A stretch of 64,000 bases of DNA from Eledone cirrhosa. Taxonomy: Eukaryota. The notes under the pieces are model-generated. The model ran no database searches, was not told where the DNA came from, and saw only the letters and a list, made by a program, of their open reading frames with translations. Below, piece by piece: positions 49,320 to 63,314 of the stretch (position 1 is the first letter of the stretch; each line of letters starts with the position of its first letter). The stretch covers positions 4,092,001 to 4,156,000 of the forward strand of contig OZ024745.1 in the NCBI GenBank assembly GCA_964016885.1. The letters run 5' to 3'. Position numbers and translations under genes: made by a program.

Positions 49320-51766
49320 TCATCATCATCATCATCATCAACGTTTAACGTCCGTGTTCCACGCTTGCATGGGTTTGGACGGGGGTAGTCCCACTTGAGG
49401 CAAGAGTGATTGTCTTGCTCGCATAGGACTGTCTGGCAGGTTTTCTACAGTTGGATGCCCTTCCTAACACCAACCACATTTACAGTGTGGGTCTGGGAGG
49501 TTTTTACCGTGTTGCCTACACGGCCACATTACAGCGTGGACTGTGTGTTTTTTTGTCGTGACACCTACACGATCTCATTTGTTTCGGCCTCGATGGCGCG
49601 GCACCAACATAACTTTACATAGAACGGGGTGATGTGGATGGGGTGGGACGGGGTGTATTTTGTTAGAGATGCCTACTGGCTGGAGTAGGTTTTACTATAT
49701 ATTTAGGTAAGGCGGGTCTTCTCTGTTACTGAGTACCGCCAAAGGTCTCGGTCCAGTGACATTGTCTTGGAGAGGTGTAAGTGTGTGATGTCGGAGTTTA
49801 TCAGCTCGTCCCAGGTTTTTCTAGGTCTGCCTATTCCGTGACTACCGTCTATCTTTATTGCCCTGCACTTTGTTATACAGCTATCGACTTTCATGCGCAT
49901 CACGTGTCCATACCAACGTAGCCTTCTCTCGAGTAAACAACATCTGATCCCTCTTATCTCTAATTTTTTCCTTAGTTCGTTTATGCTTTGCCGTTCACGT
50001 ATATTACTGTTACACATCCAGCGGAGCATGCAAGCTTCGTTCCTCTCTAGTCTGCGTATATCCTCTGCACACAATGCCCAGGTCTCACTGCCATGCAGCA
50101 TTGCTGTTCGTATGCAGGCATCGTACAACCTGCCTTTCATTTTTAGTGAGAACCCTTTAGCAGCTAATAGTGGTATAAGCTCTCTGAACTTTTTCCAACC
50201 AGTTCTGACTCTAGCTACAGTACTTTCAGAGCACCCTCCCCCACTGCTGATTTTATCGCCCAGGTAACGGAAGCTGTCCACTATTTCTATAGAACCCTCT
50301 GCGCAATTGAAAGAGCTAGTATTTTGTGGGCACTTGCTGCTACTTATTGCACCAGAGCACCGGCCACATGTAAAATCTATGTTCTTAGTTAGCTTACCTG
50401 TGATCCCACTACATCTTTTATGCACCCATACTTTGCATTTAGGACATAAAATGGAGTTTCTACCTACGCCTTTCCTACACACCGAGCACGACCATTTCCC
50501 AGAAGGGACCGCCGCCTTGTTTTCTTTCCTACAAACTAGTACTTTGGTCTTAGCCAGGTTAATTTTAAGTCCTTTTGACTCTAGGCCGTGCTTCCATGTT
50601 TGGAATTTCTTCTCTAGCTCGGCCATTGATTCCGCTATGAGTGTCAGGTCGTCTGCGTATAGGAGTTCCCATGGGCAGCCGGTCTTGAACTCCTCTGTTA
50701 TAGCCTGAAGGGCAATAATAAATAGTAGTGGGCTGAGAACAGAGCCCTGATGGACGCCAACTTTTACGCTAAACTCTTCACTATATTCGTTGTTAATTCT
50801 AACCTTGCTGACTGTTTCTTTATACATGGCTTGTATAGCCCTCACAAGCCATTCGTCAACGCCTAGTTTTCTAAGAGCCCACCAGATAATGGAGCGGGGG
50901 ACTCTGTCGAAGGCTTTCTCCAAGTCGACAAAAGCTAAGTAGAGGGGTTTACCTTTAGCTAGGTACTTCTCCTGTAGTTGTCGTACTATGAAAAGAGCGT
51001 CTGTGGTACTTTTGCCTGACACAAACCCGAACTGCATTTCATCTAGGTCAATTCTCTCTCTGATTAGTTGCGCTATTACTTTTTCCGTGACCTTCATGAC
51101 CCGGTCGATTAATTTAATGCCTCTATAGTTACTCCTATCTAGGGCGTCTCCTTTACCCTTATAACAGTTAACGATGATGCTGCTATGCCAGTCCTTCGGA
51201 ACAACCCCATTCTGTACGACTTGGTTAACTATGCGGGTGACCATGGTGTGTCCCACCGTGCCAGATGCCTTCAGCATCTCAGCAACTATTTCCGAAGGCC
51301 CAGCCGCCTTACCCGTCTTCATATCCTTGATTGCCTTACTTATTATACTCCCCTCGACTAACACTGCTGGTCCCTCTATTGGGTCGATATGGGGGAGACT
51401 GTCTTTCTCCCATTTAGTAGCCTTTCATAGTGACACTTCCAAGCTACCTTCTTATCAGCGTCGGTGATGGCAAGTGTGCCATCGTCGTTTAGTACACACT
51501 TCTCCCCGATAATATCACGGTTTTCCTTGACGCATTGCCTAGCAATCCTGAACACCTCACGTTTTTGGTCATCGCGTTGTAGAACATGCTTGAACTTTCT
51601 TTCCTCAGCTTCCCTTCTTGCTAAGTACACTTGTCTCCTAGCTTCCCTTCTGGCCACTTGATAGTCTTCTCTACTTCCCCCATCCTGCCATACTTTCCAA
51701 GCCTGCTTTTTGGCCTTAATTGACCCCTCCACCTTACTGTTCCACCACCATGTTACTCTCCTCCTG

Positions 51767-51768
<2 letters not shown>
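49318..51768 (-). mobile_element. RTE LINE, 5'-truncated copy B (whole RT plus PHD insert, no endonuclease, one frameshift near 51412)
   Basis: 553-aa frame with NYRGIKL, QFGF, AFVDLEKAFD, QGSVLSP, YADD; upstream frame TWWWN...HYERLLN; (CAT)n tail next to (TA)n. Confidence 0.97.
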
Positions 51769-51789
<21 letters not shown>

Positions 51790-51799
<10 letters not shown>

Positions 51800-54187
51800 C
51801 AACAATATACACCACTATATATAGCAACAGTATACACCACTATATATATAGCAACAATATACACCACTATATATAGCAACAATATACACCACTATATATA
51901 TAGCAACAATATACACCACTATATATAGCAACAATATACATCACTATATATAGCAACAATATACATCACTATATATAGCAACAATATACACCACTATATA
52001 TAGCAACAATATACACCACTATATATAGCAACAATATACACCACTATATATAGCAACAATATACATCACTATATATAGCAACAATATACATCACTATATA
52101 TAGCAACAATATACACCAGTATTTATAGTTCAATATACACCACTATATATAGCAACAGTATACATCACTATATATAGCAACAATATACACCACTATATAT
52201 AGCAACAATATACATCACTATATATAGCAACAATATACACCACTATATATAGCAACAATATACACCACTATATATAGCAACAATATACACCAGTATTTAT
52301 AGCAACAATATACATCACTATATATAGCAACAATATACACCACTATATATATAGCAACAATATACATCACTATATATAGCAACAATATACACCACTATAT
52401 ATATAGCAACAATATACACCACTATATATAGCAACAATATACACCAGTATTTATAGTTCAATATACACCACTATATATAGCAACAATATACATCACTATA
52501 TATAGCAACAATATACACCACTATATATATAGCAACAATATACACCACTATATATAGCAACAATATACACCACTATATATAGCAACAATATACACCACTA
52601 TATATATAGCAACAATATACACCACTATATATAGCAACAATATACACCACTATATATATAGCAACAATATACATCACTATATATAGCAACAGTATACACC
52701 ACTATATATAGCAACAATATACACCACTATATATATAGCAACTATATATATAGCAACAATATACATCACTATATATAGCAACAATATACATCACTATATA
52801 TAGCAACAATATACACCACTATATATAGCAACAATATACACCACTATATATAGCAACAATATACACCACTATATATAGCAACAATATACACCACTATATA
52901 TAGCAGCAGTATACACCACTATATATAGCAACAATATACATCACTATATATAGCAGCAGTATACACCACTATATATATAGCAACAATATACACCACTATA
53001 TATAGCAACAATATACACCAGTATATATAGTTCAATATACATCACTATATATATAGCAACAATATACATCACTATATATAGCAACAATATACATCACTAT
53101 ATATAGCAACAATATACACCAGTATATATAGCAACAATATACACCACTATATATAGCAACAATATACACCACTGTTTATATATAGCAACAATATACACCA
53201 CTGTTTATATATAGCAACAATATACACCACTATATATAGCAACAATATACACCACTATATATAGCAACAATATACACCACTATATATAGCAACAATATAC
53301 ACCACTATATATATAGCAACAATATACACCACTATATATATATATAGCAACAATATACACCACTATATATAGCAACAATATACATCACTATATATAGCAG
53401 CAGTATACACCACTATATATAGCAACAATATACACCACTATATATAGCAACAATATACATCACTATATATAGCAACAATATACATCACTATATATAGCAA
53501 CAATATACACCACTATATATAGCAACAATATACACCACTGTTTATATATAGCAACAATATACACCACTGTTTATATATAGCAACAATATACACCACTATA
53601 TATAGCAACAATATACACCACTATATATAGCAACAATATACACCACTGTTTATAGCAACAATATACACCACTATATATATAGCAACAATATACACCACTA
53701 TATATAGCAACAATATACACCACTGTTTATATATAGCAACAATATACACCACTATATATAGCAACAATATACACCAGTATATATAGCAACAATATACACC
53801 AGTATTTATAGCAACAATATACACCACTATATATAGCAACAATATACACCACTGTTTATATATAGCAACAATATACACCACTATATATAGCAACAATATA
53901 CACCAGTATTTATAGCAACAATATACACCACTATATATAGCAACAATATACACCACTATATATAGCAACAATATACACCACTGTTTATATATAGCAACAA
54001 TATACACCACTATATATAGCAACAATATACACCACTATATATAGCAACAATATACACCACTGTTTATAGCAACAATATACACCATTATATATAGCAACAA
54101 TATACACCACTATATATAGCAACAATATACACCACTATATATAGCAACAATATACACCAGTATATATAGCAACAATATACACCACTG
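51790..54187. repeat. Minisatellite, 25(-29)-bp unit, about 95 copies, abutting the RTE 5' junction
   Basis: Unit TATATATAGCAACAATATACACCAC. Confidence 0.97.
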
Positions 54188-54419
54188 TATATATATATTG
54201 TAACATCTGAATCTACTTTCCTTCCACCTCCATTCCTCTTATGTGAGAATGGCGCCAATCTCTGTACAATAATTTCAGCTATAAAAACTGCTAAACACAT
54301 GGAAAATTGTTGTACATGATGGATGTGAATTTTCTGCTTCTTTGCTCACTTATTCCTGGTGAGGCATGAGGGGCTGAGTCCTGTGAGAGGCATGAGGGGC
54401 TGAGTCCTGTGAGAGGCGA

Positions 54420-54660
54420 CTGTCTCTAACTGATCTGGCTGGATCCCCAAGCAAGACCAACCAAGCTCATGGATATTATCCAACCATCTTACTCAGGGTC
54501 TACCTCTGGGTCTCCTGCTGGTTGGTTTTGCCCGTAAAATCTGCCCAGCAATTCTTTCCTTAGACATTCCAACCACATGTCCATTATATCGGAGTGGTCT
54601 CTCAATTCAGTGAAGTAGCAGCTCTACCTGGAGTGACTCTCTCATCTCTGAGCAACATTA
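54420..54660 (-). mobile_element. Expander/Rex3-like RTE 3' fragment
   Basis: Reverse complement of 46820-47060. Confidence 0.75.
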
Positions 54661-55750
54661 CTCAATTCAAATTCTAATTTTTAAAAAATAAGTTAACGCA
54701 GGAACTTCTATAAATGTTCAACTGTTTCCTTGTTGTTTGTGTTTTACAGGGGGAGGGGGCATCCTAATTGGTTAGATTATATCTTGCTCCTTAACACTCC
54801 ACCTATGTCTCTTTTATCTAAATATATTACTGATAAGAGAGAAACCTGCTTCCACAAGCCATGTGGTTGTAAAAAAAGATTATGGTTGATTAAAGCAGTT
54901 TTAAAATGTCTCACTTTGTGTCAGTTTTTAGCCTAAATTCCACCCACAACTTCTTCATTTTCAAATTTTCTAACTAGTTGGATATTTTCTTTAAATTATC
55001 AATTCTCTTTGGTAAAGTACAAATGACATATTTGGCAGGGAGAAATATTGATCTGTTCATACATTTGAATGGTATTAGTAGCATTACTGAGAAATTGAAA
55101 CCTAAGCAATACATATGAAGTAACCTCCTGCTCAAGTGTTCAATATATGCCTAACATGACACATATACTTACACATATATTGTCTGTGTATGTAAATATA
55201 GTAATTTAGAGTGTAATATATCAATATTTTGGTGTTTGTGTAGTGGTCCTGCTAATGATTCTAATGATCTATTTCATTTAACTTGAGATATGAAGTATTT
55301 CACAGTGTCACAATAATATTTCTCTAGACTAATTAACCTCAATGTCTTCAACACAAACTTACTCTTAAAATTCCCACTCTATTGAAATTCACTGCTTGCT
55401 GAAGGGTAACTTGATGTTACACATACAAATATTAACCCTTTTGAAATAAAGCCACCCATTTTAAAGGGTTTCTATTGAAGTAAAATTATGTTGGAAGGTT
55501 TTAATATTTATGTTACAAATATCATCTTAATAATGAAATAATAAATAATTTTAGCAAATCCTTTGAACTTCTTCATTAACTTATTCAAATACTGTGTGTT
55601 TCATTAGAAATGTGGTAACAAAAGAGTTACATTTCGGCTGGAGGTGACAATTCTTCATGAAAACTATGCAACATGCCCCACCAAATCATCATCATCATTA
55701 TCATTTAACATCTGTTTTCCACACTTACATAGATTCAGCATATGAAATAT

Positions 55751-56619
55751 GCTGTGTATCCAGTCTTGACATACACAGAGCAATCTGACATAATGTTTGG
55801 TTGTGAGTGGTACATTGGTAGAATTGGTAGAGCATTGGATGCCATTGCTGTGTATCCAGTCTTGACATACACAGAGCAATCTGTCACAATGTTTGGTTGT
55901 GAGTGGTGCATTGGTAGAATTGGTAGAGCATTGGATGCCATTGCTGTGTATCCAGTCTTGACATACACAGAGCAATCTGTCACAATGTTTGGTTGTGAGT
56001 GGTGCATTGGTAGAATTGGTAGAGCATTGGATGCCATTGCTGTGTATCCAGTCTTGACATACACAGAGCAATCTGTCACAATGTTTGGTTGTGAGTGGTG
56101 CATTGGTAGAATTGGTAGAGCATTGGATGCCATTGCTGTGTATCCAGTCTTGACATACACAGAGCAATCTGTCACAATGTTTGGTTGTGAGTGGTGCATT
56201 GGTAGAATTGGTAGAGCATTGGATGCCATTGCTGTGTATCCAGTCTTGACATACACAGAGCAATCTGTCACAATGTTTGGTTGTGAGTGGTGCATTGGTA
56301 GAATTGGTAGAGCATTGGATGCCATTGCTGTGTATCCAGTCTTGACATACACAGAGCAATCTGTCACAATGTTTGGTTGTGAGTGGTGCATTGGTAGAAT
56401 TGGTAGAGCATTGGATGCCATTGCTGTGTATCCAGTCTTGACATACACAGAGCAATCTGTCACAATGTTTGGTTGTGAGTGGTACATTGGTAGAATTGGT
56501 AGAGCATTGGATGCCATTGCTGTGTATCCAGTCTTGACATACACAGAGCAATCTGTCACAATGTTTGGTTGTGAGTGGTGTATTGGTAGAATTGGTAGAG
56601 CATTGGATGCCATTGCTGT
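55751..56619. repeat. 96-bp tandem repeat, 9 copies, containing a SINE S1 head
   Basis: 32-aa periodicity in the ORF track; last unit continues into the S1 body. Confidence 0.97.
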
Positions 56620-56775
56620 ATTTCTTTTGGCTCTTTACATTCCCACAGAGGGCAACTTTACCTTTCATCCTTCTGGGGTTCAGTAAAATAAAGTACCAGT
56701 GAAGTACTGGGGGGATTGATATAATCAACTTTACCTTTCCTCCCTAACTGCTGGCCTTGTACCTAAATTAAAAAT
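56575..56775 (+). mobile_element. SINE S1
   Basis: caactttacctttcatcc..aaaataaagtaccagt..gctggccttgtacc. Confidence 0.75.
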
Positions 56776-59098
56776 CTGTTTTGTTGTGGGAGGTGTATTT
56801 TATAGTTAAACTTATTTTTATGCTCCTGACAACTGCTATTCCTTTGGTATACAACAAATTGAGTTAAGAGACCCAATTTTCTGTTATGAACCATAACATT
56901 TTCTACATATTATAATAATGAACACCCCTTCTTAATTAAATCTAAATGCTTTTGTAAACTGATCCTAACGTTTTGGTTTTATATATATTTAAAGCTAACA
57001 AAACAAATAGAATTGGTAAAATAATTTGTGTGCAATAAAGAAAGGTGAAAACTGATATTGTTGACTGGAACTTTCTTCAAAGAAATTTTGCTGGTCTTCC
57101 ATCATTTCCATCTACAAGTGTTCCAGTTGATTCACTCATTAATGTCTATGTTATTTATGTTCATACACGGAACAAAAGTGCTAGCTAAGGTTTCAACTTA
57201 TAAACTCGTATCAATATTTCTGCTCTCTTTGCGATTGTGCACTGTTTTCCTTTTTCACACCTACTGGATATTGCTATATATAAACAATATATAAACATTC
57301 TGCTAGTGTCAATAATTCTTATTTTCAGGCTGTCCTGTTCAACTATTGATTGCCTATAACTTAATGCCCGACTTGTTTCTGTTTATTCTGTGTTAATGTC
57401 ATACTGACATAAGTGACTCTGTATTGAAATAACTCAATATACAACTTAATATAATTAATAGATGATGAATTGGCAAAGTTGTTAGAACAATGGATAAAAT
57501 ACTGTCCAATATTTGTTCCAGTTTTCTGTGCCCTCATCAATTTAAACCTCAGAGATCAACTTTATCCTTTTGGGGTCGATGACAGAAGACCAGTCCAATC
57601 CTTAGATTGATTCTTTTTTTTAATATTTTTTGTACTTGCTCTCTCTCTCTCTCTCTATAATCTTTTTTAATTTTCTTAATAGGTATAGGCTACAGTATCA
57701 TCAATTTAAATTCTGATTTAAATAAGGATCCATGCTGAAGTTCTCAGCTATGTTAGTAATGTCCCTAAGTTCTCAGCTATGTTAGTAATGTTCCTGAAAA
57801 AATTTCACAGCTCCTCAAACTACAAATTAAAGACTTTATACTTATGTAAGATATTGTTATTTAATCTATATCTACACTTAGTTCTTGCCTTTCATCCTTT
57901 CAAAGTTGATTAACAAAGTACCAGTTTGATACTGGGGTCAATTCTTCCTCTATATTGCTTTCTCACTTCCTCTCTCTCTCCTCTGATAAATCAGTTGTTT
58001 TCAGAGGGGCTGGGATCTGCCAAGTTTGAAAACTTCCCAAGACATGCCACATGTCACTGCAGTCTTCCTATGACTCCAGCAGTAATTATGGATCCATACA
58101 TATATTAAATTCAATATTAGATAAGCTATTGAAGTTATACAATAACTATATTGTATAACTAGTGTCAGTTTTTGGTTAGTATGTAATGTAAATTGCAATA
58201 CATCAATGTGTATGCTATCTCAGTTGTTGAATGTTATTGCCATCAATATTTCTCATAGAAGATTGGACCATCTCAACTAATCTAATTTGTATTATCAAAT
58301 TCTTTTTCTGGTTCCTTATTCTGCCTTGTTTACCAGTTTTCTCACTAGATTTCAATATTTGCTCTGTTCTTATAGTCACATGACCCCCCCCCCCCCCTCC
58401 TCTTCTCTTACAACACATCTTTCATTGATAATCCTGCAGTAAAGAACATTAAAAGTTATTTCTATTTAACTTTTTGTTAACTTATCTTCAAGGATATAAG
58501 AAATGAAAATAGTTGTATTTGTATTCTGCATGAGAAACCAGTTTAAACTGGTAAAACTGCTGAAATAAATCTTTATTACAATACTTGTGATGTATGATGC
58601 CATTTAGTTATAAGAATGAGAAGAGTTGTCTGGTTTGAAACACTGGAGACAATATAAGACTCTTAGAGAAATATAGAAAGGTCTCCCTTGTATTTCTCAT
58701 ATTGTGTGAAAGAGGAGAGTGAGATTTTCAGGCCATTACTAACATGTTTCAAATGAAATTGTGTCTCTGTTTTGGAAACCATCATCTGGCCAAAGCCAAA
58801 GAGGTTGCAAGCTCTCCTATCCAGAGACTGTGGTGTTGATGTTTGAGATGTAAGCAATGAGCAACAGACCTACATGGAGATCTTTTGTTGAATCTATTTC
58901 ATTTGAGGCTACAGGAGGAGGTAAGGATACTAAACCTCATGTTTGAGATGAAAATCTCCAATATACTGTGCATCATCACAAGCCGGGGAAAATGTTTCAA
59001 TTTTTTTAATGAGTTAGTGTTCTTAAAGTAATTCATCCTGGGTCGATAAAATAAAGTACCAGTAAGGTTTTCATTGATTTTCCCCTCCCCCAAAACAT

Positions 59099-60231
59099 TG
59101 AAAAAAACTGTAAACATATTACAGTAGATACTCCCAGTATTTTAAAAGCTATTTACTAAATATATCAGCTACCAAAATCCTCAGGTATTAACAGTTTTCT
59201 ATTGAAACCAATAATATTAGAAGTTATACATTCATCTTGGAAAGCAGTCAGCATATCTTCAAATCTGATATTGTCTTTCAGTGTTTCTTTTACATTTTCA
59301 AATAGTTCTCCCTTTATATGTCTTTTGATTCACTGTCTTTTAATGACCAGAAAACCTTGCACAAAACAACTCAGTATGTTTAGAGATTCTCTTCCTTTCT
59401 ATCATTGTTTTCATTCTATATAAACAAAGATGAAATAAATTTGTTGGTGCAGGCATTTACCTGTATTCTTGATACTAACCTTTACAGTCAGAGGATATCT
59501 ATTTATAGCTTGAGAGAGAGTAATGTGTCTTGCTTAAGACTACAATTCAGTGTTTTTAGCAGTAAAGAATATATAATCATCTTATCGTTTAGCTACTCAT
59601 CTACCAACAATATTCTAAATAACTTCTACATTGAACTAACATTTGTACCATATATTTCTACATCATTGATTTCGCTCAGAATTAAAACACTATGCTAATC
59701 ATCTTTAAATATTTTTTTTTTATTTTGTGCTCTTGTTGTTGTATGTTTTATTACAAACATCATTGTAAAATGTTCTTCAAATTTTCTATCATGCTTCATT
59801 TCAATAATGGTTCATGCTGCATAGAAATGAATTGTCTTTTATTTGTTTGTCTTATAATATCCAAACATATAACCATAGCAACATGAAATACCTCCAGTTT
59901 GTAAGTAGTTATATTATTATTATTGCCATAGTGTACTTTCTTGGAAGTTTGTTTTTGGAAGCTGACAAAGGCCTAATTAAATAGACATATTTGAAATTAA
60001 TGATAAGAAACTAGCTATATCTGTTCTAGAATATATATAATGGAGATTATTACTTTTGTACCCCAAAAAACTGACCTAATCAGCTTTATAGATTCACATT
60101 ATTAAACACTGGACTTACCCATCCAGTTGCTATGAAAAAAACTGTAAACATATTACAGTAGATACTCCCAGTATTTTAAAAGCTATTTACTAAATATATC
60201 AGCTACCAAAATCCTCAGGTATTAACAGTTT
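59099..60231. repeat. 99-bp direct repeat (59099-59197 and 60133-60231)
   Basis: Apparently identical TGAAAAAAACTGTAAAC...ATTAACAGTTT copies 1034 bp apart. Confidence 0.9.
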
Positions 60232-62654
60232 ACTATAATTCATCATCATCATCGTTTTTACATACAGTTGTCCAGGCTTGCATGGGTTGGATGGGTCCTT
60301 TTCAGCACAGCATCTCTCCACTCTAAATATTTGAAATTAAAAATATGTTTTCATAATGTAATCATGAATCAAAATTCCATCATGGTATTTCGTGTCTCCT
60401 GTTACTTATGTAAAGTACATTATTAACATCTGTCCCAAGCCCAGAGAATCATCAGGCCACTGCTTACCCTGGTTTCATTTGTGTTAAATAACTGAGAATA
60501 CAAGACATCAGTCCATCATAGTGTTTAAACCTCAGCTACTCTTGGTATTCATTTTAGCTGAGTGTACTGGAGCAATGTGTAATGAAGTGTTTTGCTCAAG
60601 AATACAATAAACGTATCACCTGATCCAGGAATCAAAAGCACGTTATGGAAAGTATACGTGGCACAGCTGTGTATGTTTGGCTCTGACATTCTCAACACTT
60701 ATGTTTAGTTACTAAATTTTAACCAATCTGCTTAATAAGTTAACTAAAAACACTTCCATTTTTAAACTAGAAAGGATGTCTTGAATGCAAAAGAAAAAAG
60801 GGAGAATTTTTTTTTTTTTTTAATTAGATAAATAATTATTGCTTTGTTCCAGTTACAAAACACATTTTCAATTTTGTTTCTTGTTAAAAAAATCAAAATG
60901 AAATATGCTGTTATATATAATAGCTTCTATAAAGTTGATGAAATATGTTGTTACATATAATAGCTTCTATAAAGTTGATGATAAAAATAATATTGGTGAT
61001 ATTTTGTTTCTTTTTGATGGGAGGAGGGAGGGGGGGATTATTTGAAATACTTAGTGGTGGGTAGTTTGTAGTAAAGGAATATTAAAATGGTTTACAAGAC
61101 TTGGAAGACACTGTCTTACTTGGAAGTTCTTCCTTTAGTGTAACATGAATCATTCTATAATATTCTGACTACATCAAGTTGGTACAAGTTGAATGTTCTC
61201 ACTTAATGAAGTGTTCACTGTTCCATGTTCTTTCATGGATATCATGTATGGATTGCATGCACAGTGACTTTAGATGAAGCTAAAGTGATTAATGGAGTAA
61301 AGTATGGCTAGAATGGCAAGTTGCTTGCTCACTGAAGCCATGCTTATTTCAGATATAATGGTAACTACATTTTGGCAACCAAAATTGAATTTTGGAAATA
61401 AATTGTATGGAAGACAAATCTGATATTTCAATAGACGTTATGAGTCCTGCCAAAACAGCAGGATATGATTAATAAACAGTATATACAACAAAATAGTCTT
61501 TTTGTAAAAAAGGTAGCTTCACAAATATGTGGTGTCTGGTTCAATCACACTGCTTGGTGCTTTTAGTAAAATCTTCTACCAAAACTTCTGGTTGGACCAT
61601 GACTTAGTAGACATTCCATGCCAGCATGAAAAAACTGTATGATGAGAATGATAATAAACTGCAGAAAGTGTTTATATAAAACTTGCTTGTCATATCTGTC
61701 ATATTACACAGAATCTTGTCAGTCTCACATAAATACAGTAAACCAGTCATGTACAAAATACTGTTGTTCGGAATCAGATGGGGTAGGTGGGTGGAATCAG
61801 TTAAATAATTTGTATCTGTTTTACATGTCTTTCCATATTAGTTCTTCCTATCATCATCATCATCATTGTTTAACGTCTATTTTCCACACTAGTATGGGTA
61901 GGACTAAATAACTTTTAAACATTCTCCCAACCCATGTTTTGACATTTATTTACCTCCTTTAAAAGGTTTATTTCAATCCTTTAGAAAATAACAGATTTGT
62001 GATAAGAAGAGCATCCAGCTGTAGAAAACTTGTCAGATAAAGAGTTGGGAGGTCTCTTCAGTTGTGTTAGAGACATAACCTCCCTAGTGTTGGTGCAATG
62101 ATAAAATACACTTGGTAGAGCGCAGTGTCATATGTCAGAGACTCTACTTAAGTACTGATCTGTGGTGAAGGGAAGCGGACATTAAACAATGATGACAGTT
62201 TATGATTGAAAGATATAAAAATATGCTCAATAGATTACAACTCTTACGTATTTTATTCTTTTAGTTAGAAGCTACCATTCCTAGGTATATCTCTCTGACT
62301 CTCGTTATTAATGATCAACTGGTTAAATCTCTCTCTCTCTCATTTTACAGTTTTTTCTAATCATCAACTGCTCATATCTATGGTCTATAAATAACCTTCC
62401 ATAAATACCAAACTAGTCTATTCTAGAATAACATGCTTGATAGATTCTAGATAAGGAAAGTCTAGAATATTGATTGTGATGTCAGCTGTTGTGAGAAACA
62501 AAGTACTACCAATAAACTATAAATATAACTCATTAATCTGGCTAATTGTTAATCTATTTTAACTTCTGCTGCAATATGAATGGGGGGGGGCTAAAGTTTT
62601 AAACTATTGATCACAGATAAATTGGATTTTATTCAGTTAGCCAGTGTTAAAAAG

Positions 62655-62910
62655 TTTGTCTTGTGTCCAGAGGCTCATGAAACCGGTGTTTATCCCAGTT
62701 TCTGTGGTGTTAAGTAACTAAGAGTACAAGACATTCCCCTAGAAAGGACACCAGTTCATCACTATTGCTGGTACTCATTTTCAGCTGAGTATACTGGAGC
62801 AACATGAAATGAAGTGTTTTGCTCGAGAATACAATACACAAGCCAGTCCAGGAATTAAACCCACAACATTATGATCATAAGTCCAACTCCCTTACTACTA
62901 GGTCACGTGC
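62655..62910 (-). mobile_element. tRNA-headed SINE (related copy near 60430-60640)
   Basis: cagctgagtatactggagcaacatgaaatgaagtgttttgctc is the reverse complement of the 22980-23025 segment. Confidence 0.68.
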
Positions 62911-63247
62911 CAGTGTTACAAGGGACATCATCTGTCTTGAATGGCAAGAACTAAATATAGTTTATCAGCATGTTGGCTTATGTCACAAGTAGAGCAGTAT
63001 TGAGAACAACTCTTTTTCAAGAGATGATGTTGCCAAATCAGGCAGTAATTGAGTTTGTAACAATCAACTCAACTATGTAGTGCTAATAGACATCACCATG
63101 TGGTTTAAATGTTCTCTTTACAACCACAAGTTCAATTCCTCCCTTACTCATGACCTTGAGCAAATGTCTTCTACCATAGCTGTGAACTGATCAATATCTT
63201 GTGACAAACTACTGGGGCTTAACAGAAATCAATAACATTATCACTTA

Positions 63248-63314
63248 TAGAGTTACGGCCCTTGACTTTCTGAGTTCAAATCCCGCCAAGGTTAACTTTG
63301 CCTTTCATCCTTAC
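63248..63314 (+). mobile_element. SINE S1 fragment truncated by the following array
   Basis: tagagttacggccc..gagttcaaatcccgccaaggttaactttgcctttcatccttac. Confidence 0.8.

Noticed and set aside
51376-51882. 168-aa ORF as a separate gene
   Set aside because: Fusion of minisatellite/TA sequence with the upstream frame of the truncated RTE
55664-56728. Cys/His-rich 32-aa repeat protein
   Set aside because: Nucleotide-identical 96-bp units derived from a SINE junction; no synonymous divergence
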